A DNA stretch of 64,000 nt from the NCBI GenBank assembly GCA_965279375.1, contig OZ257156.1:4992001-5056000 (forward strand). The letters run 5' to 3'. The notes under the pieces were generated by a model. That model was not told the DNA's origin. It ran no database searches and saw only the letters and a list, made by a program, of their open reading frames with translations. Source of the stretch: Gemmatimonas sp. Lineage in GTDB: Bacteria > Gemmatimonadota > Gemmatimonadetes > Gemmatimonadales > Gemmatimonadaceae. A program made the position numbers and the translations under genes. This document shows, in pieces, positions 30,187-40,347 of the stretch (the stretch's first letter is position 1; each line of letters starts with the position of its first letter).

Positions 30187-31476
30187 ATGAGCCACTCCTC
30201 GTCTCGCAACCTCCGTCGCAGCGTTCCTGTGCTGCTGACCGTGGCCGCATTCGCGGCCGTGGCGATGGGCAACCGCGCACCAGCAGTCGACGACAGCCGT
30301 GCTCCTGAGCGAATTCCTGCTCACCGCACACACCCGCTGCGCATCGACAGCCTATCCAGCCCGACCGGCCCTGGCAGCGCCGAGCCGTTTCTGGCCGTCG
30401 CTCCCGACGGGCGCGTGTTCATGTCGTGGCTCGAGCAAACGTCGTCGGGCTACGCGCTCAAGCTTTCGCGTCACGATGGATCCAAGTGGTCCTCGCCCAC
30501 GACGATCGTGGCACGCAACGACTTCTTCGTGAACTGGGCGGACTTCCCGTCGGTCATCGCGCTCGACAACAAGCGGCTTGCCGCGCACTGGTTGCAGCGC
30601 ACAGGCAGCAGCACCTACGCGTATGGCGTTCGCATCGCGCAGTCGTCCGATGGGGGAGTGACGTGGAGCAGCGCCATCACACCGCACCGCGACACCGCGC
30701 AGGCGGAGCACGGCTTCGTGGCGCTCTGGAACGAGCGTGGTGCGTTGGGAGCGGCGTGGCTCGACGGACGAAAGTTCCAGAAGGGCGGCCACGACATGAG
30801 CAACGAGATGATGCTCGTCTCCACCACGCTCCAGCCCAACGGCACGCTCGGCGCGGAGACGCGTCTCGATGAACGCACCTGCGACTGCTGTCAGAACGCG
30901 GTGGCCGTCACCAGCGATGGACCGATCATCGCGTATCGCAATCGCTCGCCCGACGAGATCCGCGACATCTACGTGACTCGTCGCGTGCGCGGTGCGTGGA
31001 CTGCGGGCGTCGCCGCGCACAGCGACCAGTGGAAGATCGCCGCCTGCCCAGTGAACGGCCCGTCGCTCGCAGCGCGAGGCAAGCGCGTGGCACTCGCGTG
31101 GTTCACCGCGGCCAACGACAGTGCGCGTGTGAATGTCGCGTTCTCCGACGATGCCGGTGCGACGTTCTCTGCGCCGAGTCGGGTGGATGGCGGTACGCCC
31201 GCCGGTCGCGTCAGCGCAACGCTGCTCTCCGACGGAGACGCGTTGATCACGTGGGTGGAGCGGTCAGGTGCTGATGGCGCGGAGGTGCGTGCGCGTCGCA
31301 TGTCGCGCAGTGGTCGCGCCGGCGAGGTAGTTACGATCGCGGCGTCATCCGCAGCTCGTGCGAGTGGATTCCCCAAAGCAGTCATCACGGGTTCGAGCGT
31401 GATGTTCGCCTGGACTGTGCCGGGCAAGCCATCCACCGTGCGTATCGCACGTGCGGACATCGGCGCGTTTCGCTGA
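30187..31476 (+). CDS. exported BNR/Asp-box beta-propeller protein
   Basis: Asp boxes SSDGGVTW and SDDAGATF; NWADFP, TCDCC, CPVNGP. Confidence 0.8.
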   Translation: MSHSSSRNLRRSVPVLLTVAAFAAVAMGNRAPAVDDSRAPERIPAHRTHPLRIDSLSSPTGPGSAEPFLAVAPDGRVFMSWLEQTSSGYALKLSRHDGSKWSSPTTIVARNDFFVNWADFPSVIALDNKRLAAHWLQRTGSSTYAYGVRIAQSSDGGVTWSSAITPHRDTAQAEHGFVALWNERGALGAAWLDGRKFQKGGHDMSNEMMLVSTTLQPNGTLGAETRLDERTCDCCQNAVAVTSDGPIIAYRNRSPDEIRDIYVTRRVRGAWTAGVAAHSDQWKIAACPVNGPSLAARGKRVALAWFTAANDSARVNVAFSDDAGATFSAPSRVDGGTPAGRVSATLLSDGDALITWVERSGADGAEVRARRMSRSGRAGEVVTIAASSAARASGFPKAVITGSSVMFAWTVPGKPSTVRIARADIGAFR

Positions 31477-32087
31477 TGCGTCCGAGCACTCCGAGCAGGA
31501 TCGGCCCGTGCACCTCTGCATGGTCGCGTCTACTCGTCGTCGCGATGACATCGCTCACGCTGAGTGCCTGCGGTGGTAGTGCAGACTCTTCAGTCGACAG
31601 GAGCGCGAAGAACGCCAGTGCGGCGCCGGAAGACGGACGCGTTGCTGTGGGATCTCCCGCGCCATCGTACGCGGCGGTTTCGCTGGCGGGCGATTCAGTC
31701 TCGCTCGCCAAGTTGCGCGGACAGGTGGTGTTGCTGAACGTCTGGGCGACGTGGTGTCATCCGTGTCGCGCGGAGATTCCGCAGTTGCGCGCGCTGCACG
31801 CCAAGCACGCGTCGCAGGGGCTCGCGCTCGTTGGCGTGAGCGTCGACCTGGACGGCACCGACGAGACGATTCGCCAGTTCATGACTGAGTTCCAGATGAC
31901 GTTCCCCATCTGGCGCGACCCCGACGAGCGTGTGCTGTCACGCTTCCTCGTGGTGGGCGTGCCCGCGACGTTCCTGATCGACCGTGAGGGAATCCTGCGC
32001 TGGCGACATACCGGGCCGATCTCGCCGACTGACACCACGCTGACCGCGGCGCTCACCAAGGCGCTCGCGGCGGTCGGCTCGCCGTAG
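31476..32087 (+). CDS. TlpA-like thiol-disulfide reductase lipoprotein
   Basis: Lipobox LSAC, LNVWATWCHPCRAEIP, GVPATFLIDREG; TGATG coupling to the upstream gene. Confidence 0.92.
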   Translation: MRPSTPSRIGPCTSAWSRLLVVAMTSLTLSACGGSADSSVDRSAKNASAAPEDGRVAVGSPAPSYAAVSLAGDSVSLAKLRGQVVLLNVWATWCHPCRAEIPQLRALHAKHASQGLALVGVSVDLDGTDETIRQFMTEFQMTFPIWRDPDERVLSRFLVVGVPATFLIDREGILRWRHTGPISPTDTTLTAALTKALAAVGSP

Positions 32088-33051
32088 CCGCTCGCGCGAG
32101 CGCCAGCGCCGTATCGAGCGCCGAGATCGCGTCGGTCGCAACATGCGGCTGCACGCCGACCTGCTCCCACTCCGCGCCGGTCACTGCGTCTGAGACTCGG
32201 GTCGTCGACACCGAGAGTTCGAAGCCGTTGCCGATGGGCACCAGCGCATTCATGTGTCCGGCGCCTGCCGTTCGCTCACCCACCAGCGTCGCCCGCCCCT
32301 TGTTGCGCAGTACGAACGCAAATTCCTCCGCAGCCGACGCGGAGCGGCGACTGGTGAGGACATAGAGTGGCACCGTCGGCCGACGCGGACCCGGCACGTT
32401 GGCGACGCTCGTCAGCGTCGTGTCGGAGCCATCGCGTCGGTCGCGAATGCGGATGGTCGGCACGGGCTTCGCGCCCAGAAAGTGACTGAAGAGCAGATGA
32501 CTCATCTCGCCACTTCCACCCCCGTTGCGACGCAGGTCGATGATGATCGCGCGCGTGCGCTCGAGCGTGCGCAGGGCGTCGGCGATCGCGTCACGCGAGC
32601 CCGGCCCCTCGTCGAACGCTGCGATCTCGAGATAGCCGATCTCCCCCTCCAGCACCTCGACTTTCCGTAAGCCGAAGCTTGCGGAGCGCGGTCTAGGCTG
32701 GGTGGGTTCGCCGGACGACTGCGCGGACGGCACCGCGCGAGAACGCAGCGCCAGATGCTTGTCCTGATTGATCGTTCGAAGGTCAGCGGTGATCGCGTCC
32801 GCGAAGCGCTGCCGATTGGTGAGCGTGTCGTAGGCCTTGGCCCGCTCGCGCTGCGTGAGCACCGCCGCGATGCGCCGGCCCGTGTCCACGTCCACGTACG
32901 CCCGACGCAGCACCGCACGTACCGAATCGAGCGCCGCGGCCCGCATCGGCGCCGTCAGCTCGCCTTGGCTCTCCTGCGCCGGCGACAGCGCGGCGGACAG
33001 CAGCGACGCCACGGCGAGCATCAGCGCGGAAGAAATGCGAGAGACGTTCAC
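32053..33051 (-). CDS. S41 family peptidase
   Basis: IGYLEI, IIDLRRNGGG, SASAAEEF, LVGERTAG, GVQPH. Confidence 0.92.
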   Translation of the reverse strand: MNVSRISSALMLAVASLLSAALSPAQESQGELTAPMRAAALDSVRAVLRRAYVDVDTGRRIAAVLTQRERAKAYDTLTNRQRFADAITADLRTINQDKHLALRSRAVPSAQSSGEPTQPRPRSASFGLRKVEVLEGEIGYLEIAAFDEGPGSRDAIADALRTLERTRAIIIDLRRNGGGSGEMSHLLFSHFLGAKPVPTIRIRDRRDGSDTTLTSVANVPGPRRPTVPLYVLTSRRSASAAEEFAFVLRNKGRATLVGERTAGAGHMNALVPIGNGFELSVSTTRVSDAVTGAEWEQVGVQPHVATDAISALDTALALARAATASRPPRAPW

Positions 33052-33205
33052 GTCGGGCTCCTCGGACCGAGGGGGATAGGTCGACGGCGCAAGTCACCGC
33101 CGGTTCCCACTCTCAGTACCTTCTGGGCGCGCATCGGTTGCTCGCCCCAAACGCGCTTGGGGCCGAGCACCGACCGCCTGCTGCGTCCGAGGCACGCCGG
33201 AAGAC

Positions 33206-33242
33206 AAAAGCGCCACACCGACCGAAGTCGTTGTGGCGCTTT
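33206..33242 (-). terminator. intrinsic terminator after tRNA-Gln
   Basis: aaagcgccaca...tgtggcgcttt hairpin with T-tract on the minus strand. Confidence 0.75.
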
Positions 33243-33245
33243 GCA

Positions 33246-33318
33246 TTGCCCCTCTAGGGGTCGAACCTAGAACCTTCCGAGTCAGAGTCGGACGCTCTGC
33301 CAGTTGAGCTAAGGGGCA
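33246..33318 (-). tRNA. tRNA-Gln (anticodon CTG), CCA not encoded
   Basis: TGCCCCT TA GCTC AACTGGCA GAGC G TCCGA CTCTGAC TCGGA AGGTT CTAGG TTCGACC CCTAG AGGGGCA A; complete cloverleaf. Confidence 0.96.
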
Positions 33319-33466
33319 TCTGGCTTCGCCAACACCAACCCCATGCTCCGGGGCCGCTATCGGCGAGCCGCAAGATATAGGGGGCTACGCCCTGGGCGGT
33401 AGTGCCTGAACCGTCCTGCGGCGCCGCGCGCTGGCCGACCCTGGTTGGCCGGCCAGTCCCTTGCCC

Positions 33467-35188
<1,722 letters not shown>

Positions 35189-35277
35189 GGCGGAGGCTGG
35201 TGATGAGTGAGTGACGTAAGCTAACCCGCCACGGCTGACTTCCGGCACGGGCCGCGCCTCCGCGTGTACGTTCTGGC

Positions 35278-36612
35278 ATGCCCCACGCCGCGCGACCGCG
35301 CATCACGCCCCTGCGACGCCTGCACACGACTCGCACACTCGGCGTCGCCCTCGCTGCGGCGCTGCTGCTCGTCTCCGGCTGCAAAGCCGTCACGCTAGCC
35401 TACGGCCCCGACCTCGCGTCGGCCCGCGCCAACGCCGACGCCATTCTTGCGTCCGTCGAGGCACGCTTCACCCGCGTGGTGCGCACGCCGCGCTTCAGCC
35501 ACGCGCGCACCCGCATCGCGCGCTACGCGTTGGCTCCGTCCAAGTTGGCCAACGACACGTCGCTCTGGACGGGCATGCGCTCTACGCCCACCGGCTCTGA
35601 CCGAGAGCTGGAGCTCGCCGCCGGCCTGGTGAACGGGCAGTTCAGCTTTGCCGACCGCCCGCGCGTGCCACTCCCTACACGCATCGGCGACCAGCGGCAC
35701 TTCATCCGCCTGTCGCAGCTCAACAACGACGACGACTGGATCTGGCGCACCGAGGTGGACCAGGCCATCGGCGCCATGCCCCCCGCGCGCGCGGCGGACA
35801 TCTTCCGCGCGCTGTTCGCCGCCGCCGAACGACCGGCCGCCGCCATGCGCGCCGACTATCGCGCGGCGTTTCCGCGCACCGCGGTGGCGATGGGGCGCAT
35901 GTTCTCGGTGGACTCCATCCACACCACCGCCATCGCCGACGGGTCCACACTGGTCGCGCTACACATCCTCGTCCACGCCGACAGTCTCCAACCCTCGCTT
36001 CCCCTGTTCGCCAAGTACGTGGCCAAGTACGTCGAGCCGGCCAGCTACCGCTATCGACTCAGCGACCGGCAGGGGTCGGACTGGTTCGATGCGCAGGCCT
36101 CGAAAAAGCGCCTGATCATCCGCTTCCGCTCACGAAATGGCGAGCTGCAGCCGCTGCTCGGCGCCGCCCGCCGCATGCCGGATACCCTGCAGCTCAACAC
36201 CGACCTGATGGCCAAGCTGGGCTTCTTCACGGTAGGGGTGACCGGGATGCAGGGCGAGTTCGTGCACCTGACCTCGGCCGCCGAACGCGGCTGGGCGCTT
36301 CGCTTTACCAAGGAGCCGGAGTGGCATCTGCCGCTCTTCACCGAGCGGATGCTGCACACCCCACTCAAGCGGCCGTTCGAGGGGAACGGGCTGCTCGTGC
36401 GACTCTCGCTCCGCACCGGCCCGCAGGGGCAGACCCTGCTGGCCCGGCAGTTCGACGTGGCCGTGCGTGAGAGCGCGATCATGCGCTTCCTCGGGAACCT
36501 GGGCTTTGGCGCGATGGACGACTACCAGGGCGCCGTGGAGCTCGAGGAGCAGCGGTTCATCGCCGAGGCCTTTGCGGCGATGCGCGCCGACATCGCGGCG
36601 ACCGTCCGATAG
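35278..36612 (+). CDS. hypothetical lipoprotein
   Basis: 444-aa ORF with lipobox-like LLVSGC, fills the gap between glnS and the terminator; no family recognised. Confidence 0.75.
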   Translation: MPHAARPRITPLRRLHTTRTLGVALAAALLLVSGCKAVTLAYGPDLASARANADAILASVEARFTRVVRTPRFSHARTRIARYALAPSKLANDTSLWTGMRSTPTGSDRELELAAGLVNGQFSFADRPRVPLPTRIGDQRHFIRLSQLNNDDDWIWRTEVDQAIGAMPPARAADIFRALFAAAERPAAAMRADYRAAFPRTAVAMGRMFSVDSIHTTAIADGSTLVALHILVHADSLQPSLPLFAKYVAKYVEPASYRYRLSDRQGSDWFDAQASKKRLIIRFRSRNGELQPLLGAARRMPDTLQLNTDLMAKLGFFTVGVTGMQGEFVHLTSAAERGWALRFTKEPEWHLPLFTERMLHTPLKRPFEGNGLLVRLSLRTGPQGQTLLARQFDVAVRESAIMRFLGNLGFGAMDDYQGAVELEEQRFIAEAFAAMRADIAATVR

Positions 36613-36626
36613 CGCGACCGCTGGGC

Positions 36627-36661
36627 AAAAAAAGCCCCCCGGAGACTGGGTCTCCGGGGGG
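36627..36661 (-). terminator. strong intrinsic terminator
   Basis: ccccccggagac-tgg-gtctccgggggg 12-bp stem with A7 on the plus strand (U7 on minus). Confidence 0.88.
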
Positions 36662-36840
36662 AACGAGGTGCCACGCACGCTGTCATTGGAACTCTCCGTC
36701 CTACCGATCAGCGGCGGGCCTTGCTCATCTACACGTTAGTACGATCGTGGTTCCCGGTGGGTCACAAACTCACCGGCTGCCGTCACAGAACCGTGCAGGA
36801 ACCTGCAACATCCTTCACCACACCACCCAACAAACTGCTA

Positions 36841-36913
36841 TGGAGCTGAGGGGGCTCGAACCCCTGACCTCTGCAATGCGAATGCAGCGCTCTCCCAGCT
36901 GAGCTACAGCCCC
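36841..36913 (-). tRNA. tRNA-Ala (anticodon CGC), CCA not encoded
   Basis: GGGGCTG TA GCTC AGCTGGGA GAGC G CTGCA TTCGCAT TGCAG AGGTC AGGGG TTCGAGC CCCCT CAGCTCC A; G3:U70 identity pair. Confidence 0.97.
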
Positions 36914-36990
36914 GATATCGGAACGACCTCTGTCCCGGTGAAACGGAAAGCCCCGCACCTGAAGCGCGGGGCTGTTCCGGTAACGAGCGG

Positions 36991-37018
36991 AAGGTAGCCC
37001 GGAGCCGCCCCAAGTCAA
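36991..37018 (-). promoter_or_regulatory. sigma70-like promoter for tRNA-Ala
   Basis: Minus strand TTGACT-N16-TACCTT about 80 nt upstream of the tRNA. Confidence 0.6.
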
Positions 37019-37117
37019 GGCGGGAACGTGATCGGCCCTCTGCGACGCTTAGGCTACACTCCTGCGAACCGTGTTCGAACTGTCTCGCATTCGCGCGTTG
37101 TCCCCTGCTCCGTTCTC

Positions 37118-38602
37118 GTGCCGCATCCGCTCGCTTCCGACTACGTCCGCGACCAACTCGTCCCCCGCACCGTCGACCTCAACGGCAAGACGTACCACGC
37201 CGACGGCGAGTACGTGCTGTACTGGATGCAGTCCTCGCACCGTCTGGACGAGAACTGGGGGCTCCGCGCCGCGATCCGCACGGCCAATCGGGTCAACCGC
37301 CCGCTGGTGATCCATCAGGGACTCGATCCCACCTACCCGCACGCCTCCGACCGGCACCACTCGTTCATCCTGCAGGGGGCACGCGATACCGCGCGCCGCG
37401 CTGAATCGCTGGGGCTACACTATCAGTTCGTGCTGCGCCGCAGGCGCGACGACGACCGCCGAGTGCTCGACCGGCTGGCCGCGCGAGCCTATGTGGTCTT
37501 TACCGATCTCTTCCCAACCGCCGGCATTCGAGAACGCACCGCGCGCTTCGCCGATCGCGTGAACTGTCGCGTGCTGGCGGTGGACAGTGTGTGCACCGTG
37601 CCAAGCGGGACGTTCACCAAGCCCGAATACGCCGCGCGCACCATTCGCCCGAAGATCGCCAAGCTGTTGGACAATGCGATCGAGCCCGTCGAAGAGGGCA
37701 CGCCGAAGGTATCGGTGAGCGAGGCGCTGCGCGCGTCGTTGCGCGAAACGATTGGTGAGTCGCTGGGCGTGGTACCGCTCGCACTGACACAGATGACCGA
37801 TGCAGACATCGCGCGTGAAGTGTCGGCATGCGAGATCGATCATACGGTACCTGCAGTATCGATGCGCGGCGGCACCGATGCCGCAGAGCAGCGGCTGGAT
37901 ACGTTCGTGCGCGACACGCTTCCCGCGTACGCCGATCGTCGCAACGAGGCCAGCGATGCGCTCGGCACGAGTGTACTCTCACCGTATCTGCACTACGGCA
38001 TGCTTCCCTCGGCGCGTGTGGTGCGCGACGCGCGGGCGGCCGGCGTGAAGGCGGAGCATCTGGACGCGTTCGTGCAGCAAGTGACCACGTGGCGCGAGCT
38101 GTCGTATAACTGGTGCGTGCGCACGCCGGCGTTCGATCAACTGTCGTCGTTGCCGGAATGGATTCGCAAGACGATGGCCGAACATGCACCCGATCCGCGG
38201 TCCGTGCTGTACGACTTGCCCACGGTGGAGGCAGCAGAGACACACGACGCGATGTGGAACGCCGCGCAGCGACAGCTCGTGCGCACTGGGTTGATTCACA
38301 ACTATCCGCGCATGCTCTGGGGCAAGACGATGTTGCTCTGGACGCGCGACTACGAGCAGGCGCGTGCGTGGCTCTTTCACCTCAACGACAAATACGCGCT
38401 CGATGGTCGTGACCCCAACAGCGTGGGCGGCATCATGTGGTGTCTCGGCTTGTGGGATCGTCCATGGGGCAACAAGCCGATCTGGGGTGGACTGCGGCCC
38501 ATGGTGACGTCGCGCGCGAAGCTCAAGTTCGACGTGAAGAAGTACATCGCGATGAATGCGCTGTCGGGGCGGGATGATGGAGCGTTGACGCTGGGGGTGT
38601 AG
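37118..38602 (+). CDS. class II CPD DNA photolyase
   Basis: YVLYWMQ..R..ENW, SVLSPYLHYG, WRELSYN, HNYPRMLWGK, LNDKYALDGRDPN; start uncertain. Confidence 0.92.
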   Translation: MPHPLASDYVRDQLVPRTVDLNGKTYHADGEYVLYWMQSSHRLDENWGLRAAIRTANRVNRPLVIHQGLDPTYPHASDRHHSFILQGARDTARRAESLGLHYQFVLRRRRDDDRRVLDRLAARAYVVFTDLFPTAGIRERTARFADRVNCRVLAVDSVCTVPSGTFTKPEYAARTIRPKIAKLLDNAIEPVEEGTPKVSVSEALRASLRETIGESLGVVPLALTQMTDADIAREVSACEIDHTVPAVSMRGGTDAAEQRLDTFVRDTLPAYADRRNEASDALGTSVLSPYLHYGMLPSARVVRDARAAGVKAEHLDAFVQQVTTWRELSYNWCVRTPAFDQLSSLPEWIRKTMAEHAPDPRSVLYDLPTVEAAETHDAMWNAAQRQLVRTGLIHNYPRMLWGKTMLLWTRDYEQARAWLFHLNDKYALDGRDPNSVGGIMWCLGLWDRPWGNKPIWGGLRPMVTSRAKLKFDVKKYIAMNALSGRDDGALTLGV

Positions 38603-38647
38603 CGCAGCCTGTTGCGCCACGCGCCTCGCTCGTGCGAAGATGTCCGC

Positions 38648-39649
38648 ATGACACCTCCGACGACCCGACCTACGCCCGACCCGCGCATTCTCCCCGACGT
38701 CTCTGCGGTACGTGTAGCGGCACGACGCCTGACCGGCGTGCTGGAGCCCTCGCGGCTGATCCGCGCCAACGCGCTGTCCGACGCCTTGGGCGTGGAGGTG
38801 TTCTACAAGTGCGAGTTCGAGAACCCCACGGGCTCGTTCAAAGTGCGCGGTGCGTACAACGTGCTGGCGTCGATGACGCCTGCGGAGCGCGCCAACGGCG
38901 TGGTCGCATCGAGCGCGGGCAATCACGGGCTGGGTGTGGCGTACGCCGCTAAGGCCTTTGGCGCGCCGGCGGTGCTGTACGTGCCGAGTACCGCGCCCCA
39001 GGTCAAGAAGGACGGCATTGCCGCGTTAGGCACAAAGGTCAACGACGAGCAGCCCGACTACGACGCGGCGATGGTGGTGGCCAAGGCCCATGCCGAGACG
39101 CACGGCGTGCGCTACATCAATCCGTGTCTCGGCGTGGACCTGTTGGCCGGCCAGGGCACCGTCGCGCTGGAACTGCTCGAACAATGCCCTGACATGCGCA
39201 CCGTGGTGATCTGCACGGGCGGCGGCGGACTGCTGGGCGGCATGGGTGTGGTGCTACGCGAGCTCGCGCCGCAGGTGCGCATCGTGGGCGCGCAGAGCGT
39301 GGAAACGGCAGCGATGAGCAAGAGTGTCGCCGCGGGGCACGTGGTGCCCATTCCGTCCACGCCAACGCTGGCCGACGGACTGGCGGGACTCATCGATGAA
39401 GACGGCCTGCACATCGGCCAGTACTGCGCTGACGAGATGGTGCTCGTGACCGAGGAAGAGCTGGGCGAGACGATCGCGTGGCTGTGGCGCACCGACGGAT
39501 TTCGCATCGAGGGTGCGGGTGCCGTGACTGTCGCGGCGTTGCGACACGGCAAGATCGCCAACGCGGCAGGACCGATCGTACTGCTGGTGAGCGGGCGGAA
39601 TATCGACGCAGCAAAGCATGCAGCGTTACTGGAGACATATCCGGAGTAG
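38648..39649 (+). CDS. PLP-dependent threonine/serine dehydratase
   Basis: KCEFENPTGSFKVRGA, SSAGNHG, GGGGLLGG, LLVSGRN; no regulatory ACT domain. Confidence 0.9.
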   Translation: MTPPTTRPTPDPRILPDVSAVRVAARRLTGVLEPSRLIRANALSDALGVEVFYKCEFENPTGSFKVRGAYNVLASMTPAERANGVVASSAGNHGLGVAYAAKAFGAPAVLYVPSTAPQVKKDGIAALGTKVNDEQPDYDAAMVVAKAHAETHGVRYINPCLGVDLLAGQGTVALELLEQCPDMRTVVICTGGGGLLGGMGVVLRELAPQVRIVGAQSVETAAMSKSVAAGHVVPIPSTPTLADGLAGLIDEDGLHIGQYCADEMVLVTEEELGETIAWLWRTDGFRIEGAGAVTVAALRHGKIANAAGPIVLLVSGRNIDAAKHAALLETYPE

Positions 39650-39652
39650 ACG

Positions 39653-40141
39653 ATGACCAAGAGCTCGACCATCGAGGTGCGACGACTCGGCCGCGCCGAT
39701 GTCCCGCTCGCACGACACGCACTCGCGCTTATCGCCGACGTATTCGAAGAGCCGACCGATGCGCTGTCTGACGCCTACTTGGCGTCATTACTCATGCGGC
39801 CCGAGTTCTGGCTCGTCGTTGCGATCCAGAATGGCGCGCCCATCGGCGGCGTGACTGCGCACGTCCTGCCCATGACGCGCAGCGAGTCAACCGAATTGTT
39901 CATTTACGACCTTGCCGTACATCCGCTACATCAGCGCCGTGGAGTAGGTCGGTCCCTGATCGAGAAGCTGAGAGCCGAGGCTGCCGCTGACAGCATCGGC
40001 GTGGCGTTCGTCCCTGCCGACAACGACGATGAGCATGCGCTCGCGTTCTATCGCTCGCTCGGCGCGTCTGCCAGCCCCGTCACGATCTTCACGTTCGATG
40101 AGGGACAGAGCGACATCGCGAGGGACGCACTGACGGTTTAA
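39653..40141 (+). CDS. GNAT acetyltransferase resembling AAC(3)-I
   Basis: YLASLL...GGVTAHVLP...ELFIYDLAVHPLHQRRGVGRSLI...FVPADNDDEHALAFYRSLG. Confidence 0.8.
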   Translation: MTKSSTIEVRRLGRADVPLARHALALIADVFEEPTDALSDAYLASLLMRPEFWLVVAIQNGAPIGGVTAHVLPMTRSESTELFIYDLAVHPLHQRRGVGRSLIEKLRAEAAADSIGVAFVPADNDDEHALAFYRSLGASASPVTIFTFDEGQSDIARDALTV

Positions 40142-40347
40142 CCCAATGTTTCGCGACGGCACCGCTTGACCTGACGACATCGATCGAGGACAAGCGGCGG
40201 CACGGACGACGAGAGATAGAGAGAGACGTGACGTGGATGAGACATACTCCCGGCACGTACGTGACGGCGCGGGGAGGTATTGGCTCGTCTTGCTGCGTCT
40301 CGGATTTCGACGACTCTCCTTCCACACGCCGACAATAGGGTGCCTCA

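Noticed and set aside
32053..32087. Convergent 3' overlaps (tlpA/S41; arsR/trxC at 15966-15979)
   Set aside because: Short tail overlaps are common in compact GC-rich genomes.
40205..40240. GA-rich tract
   Set aside because: Short low-complexity sequence with no supported function.
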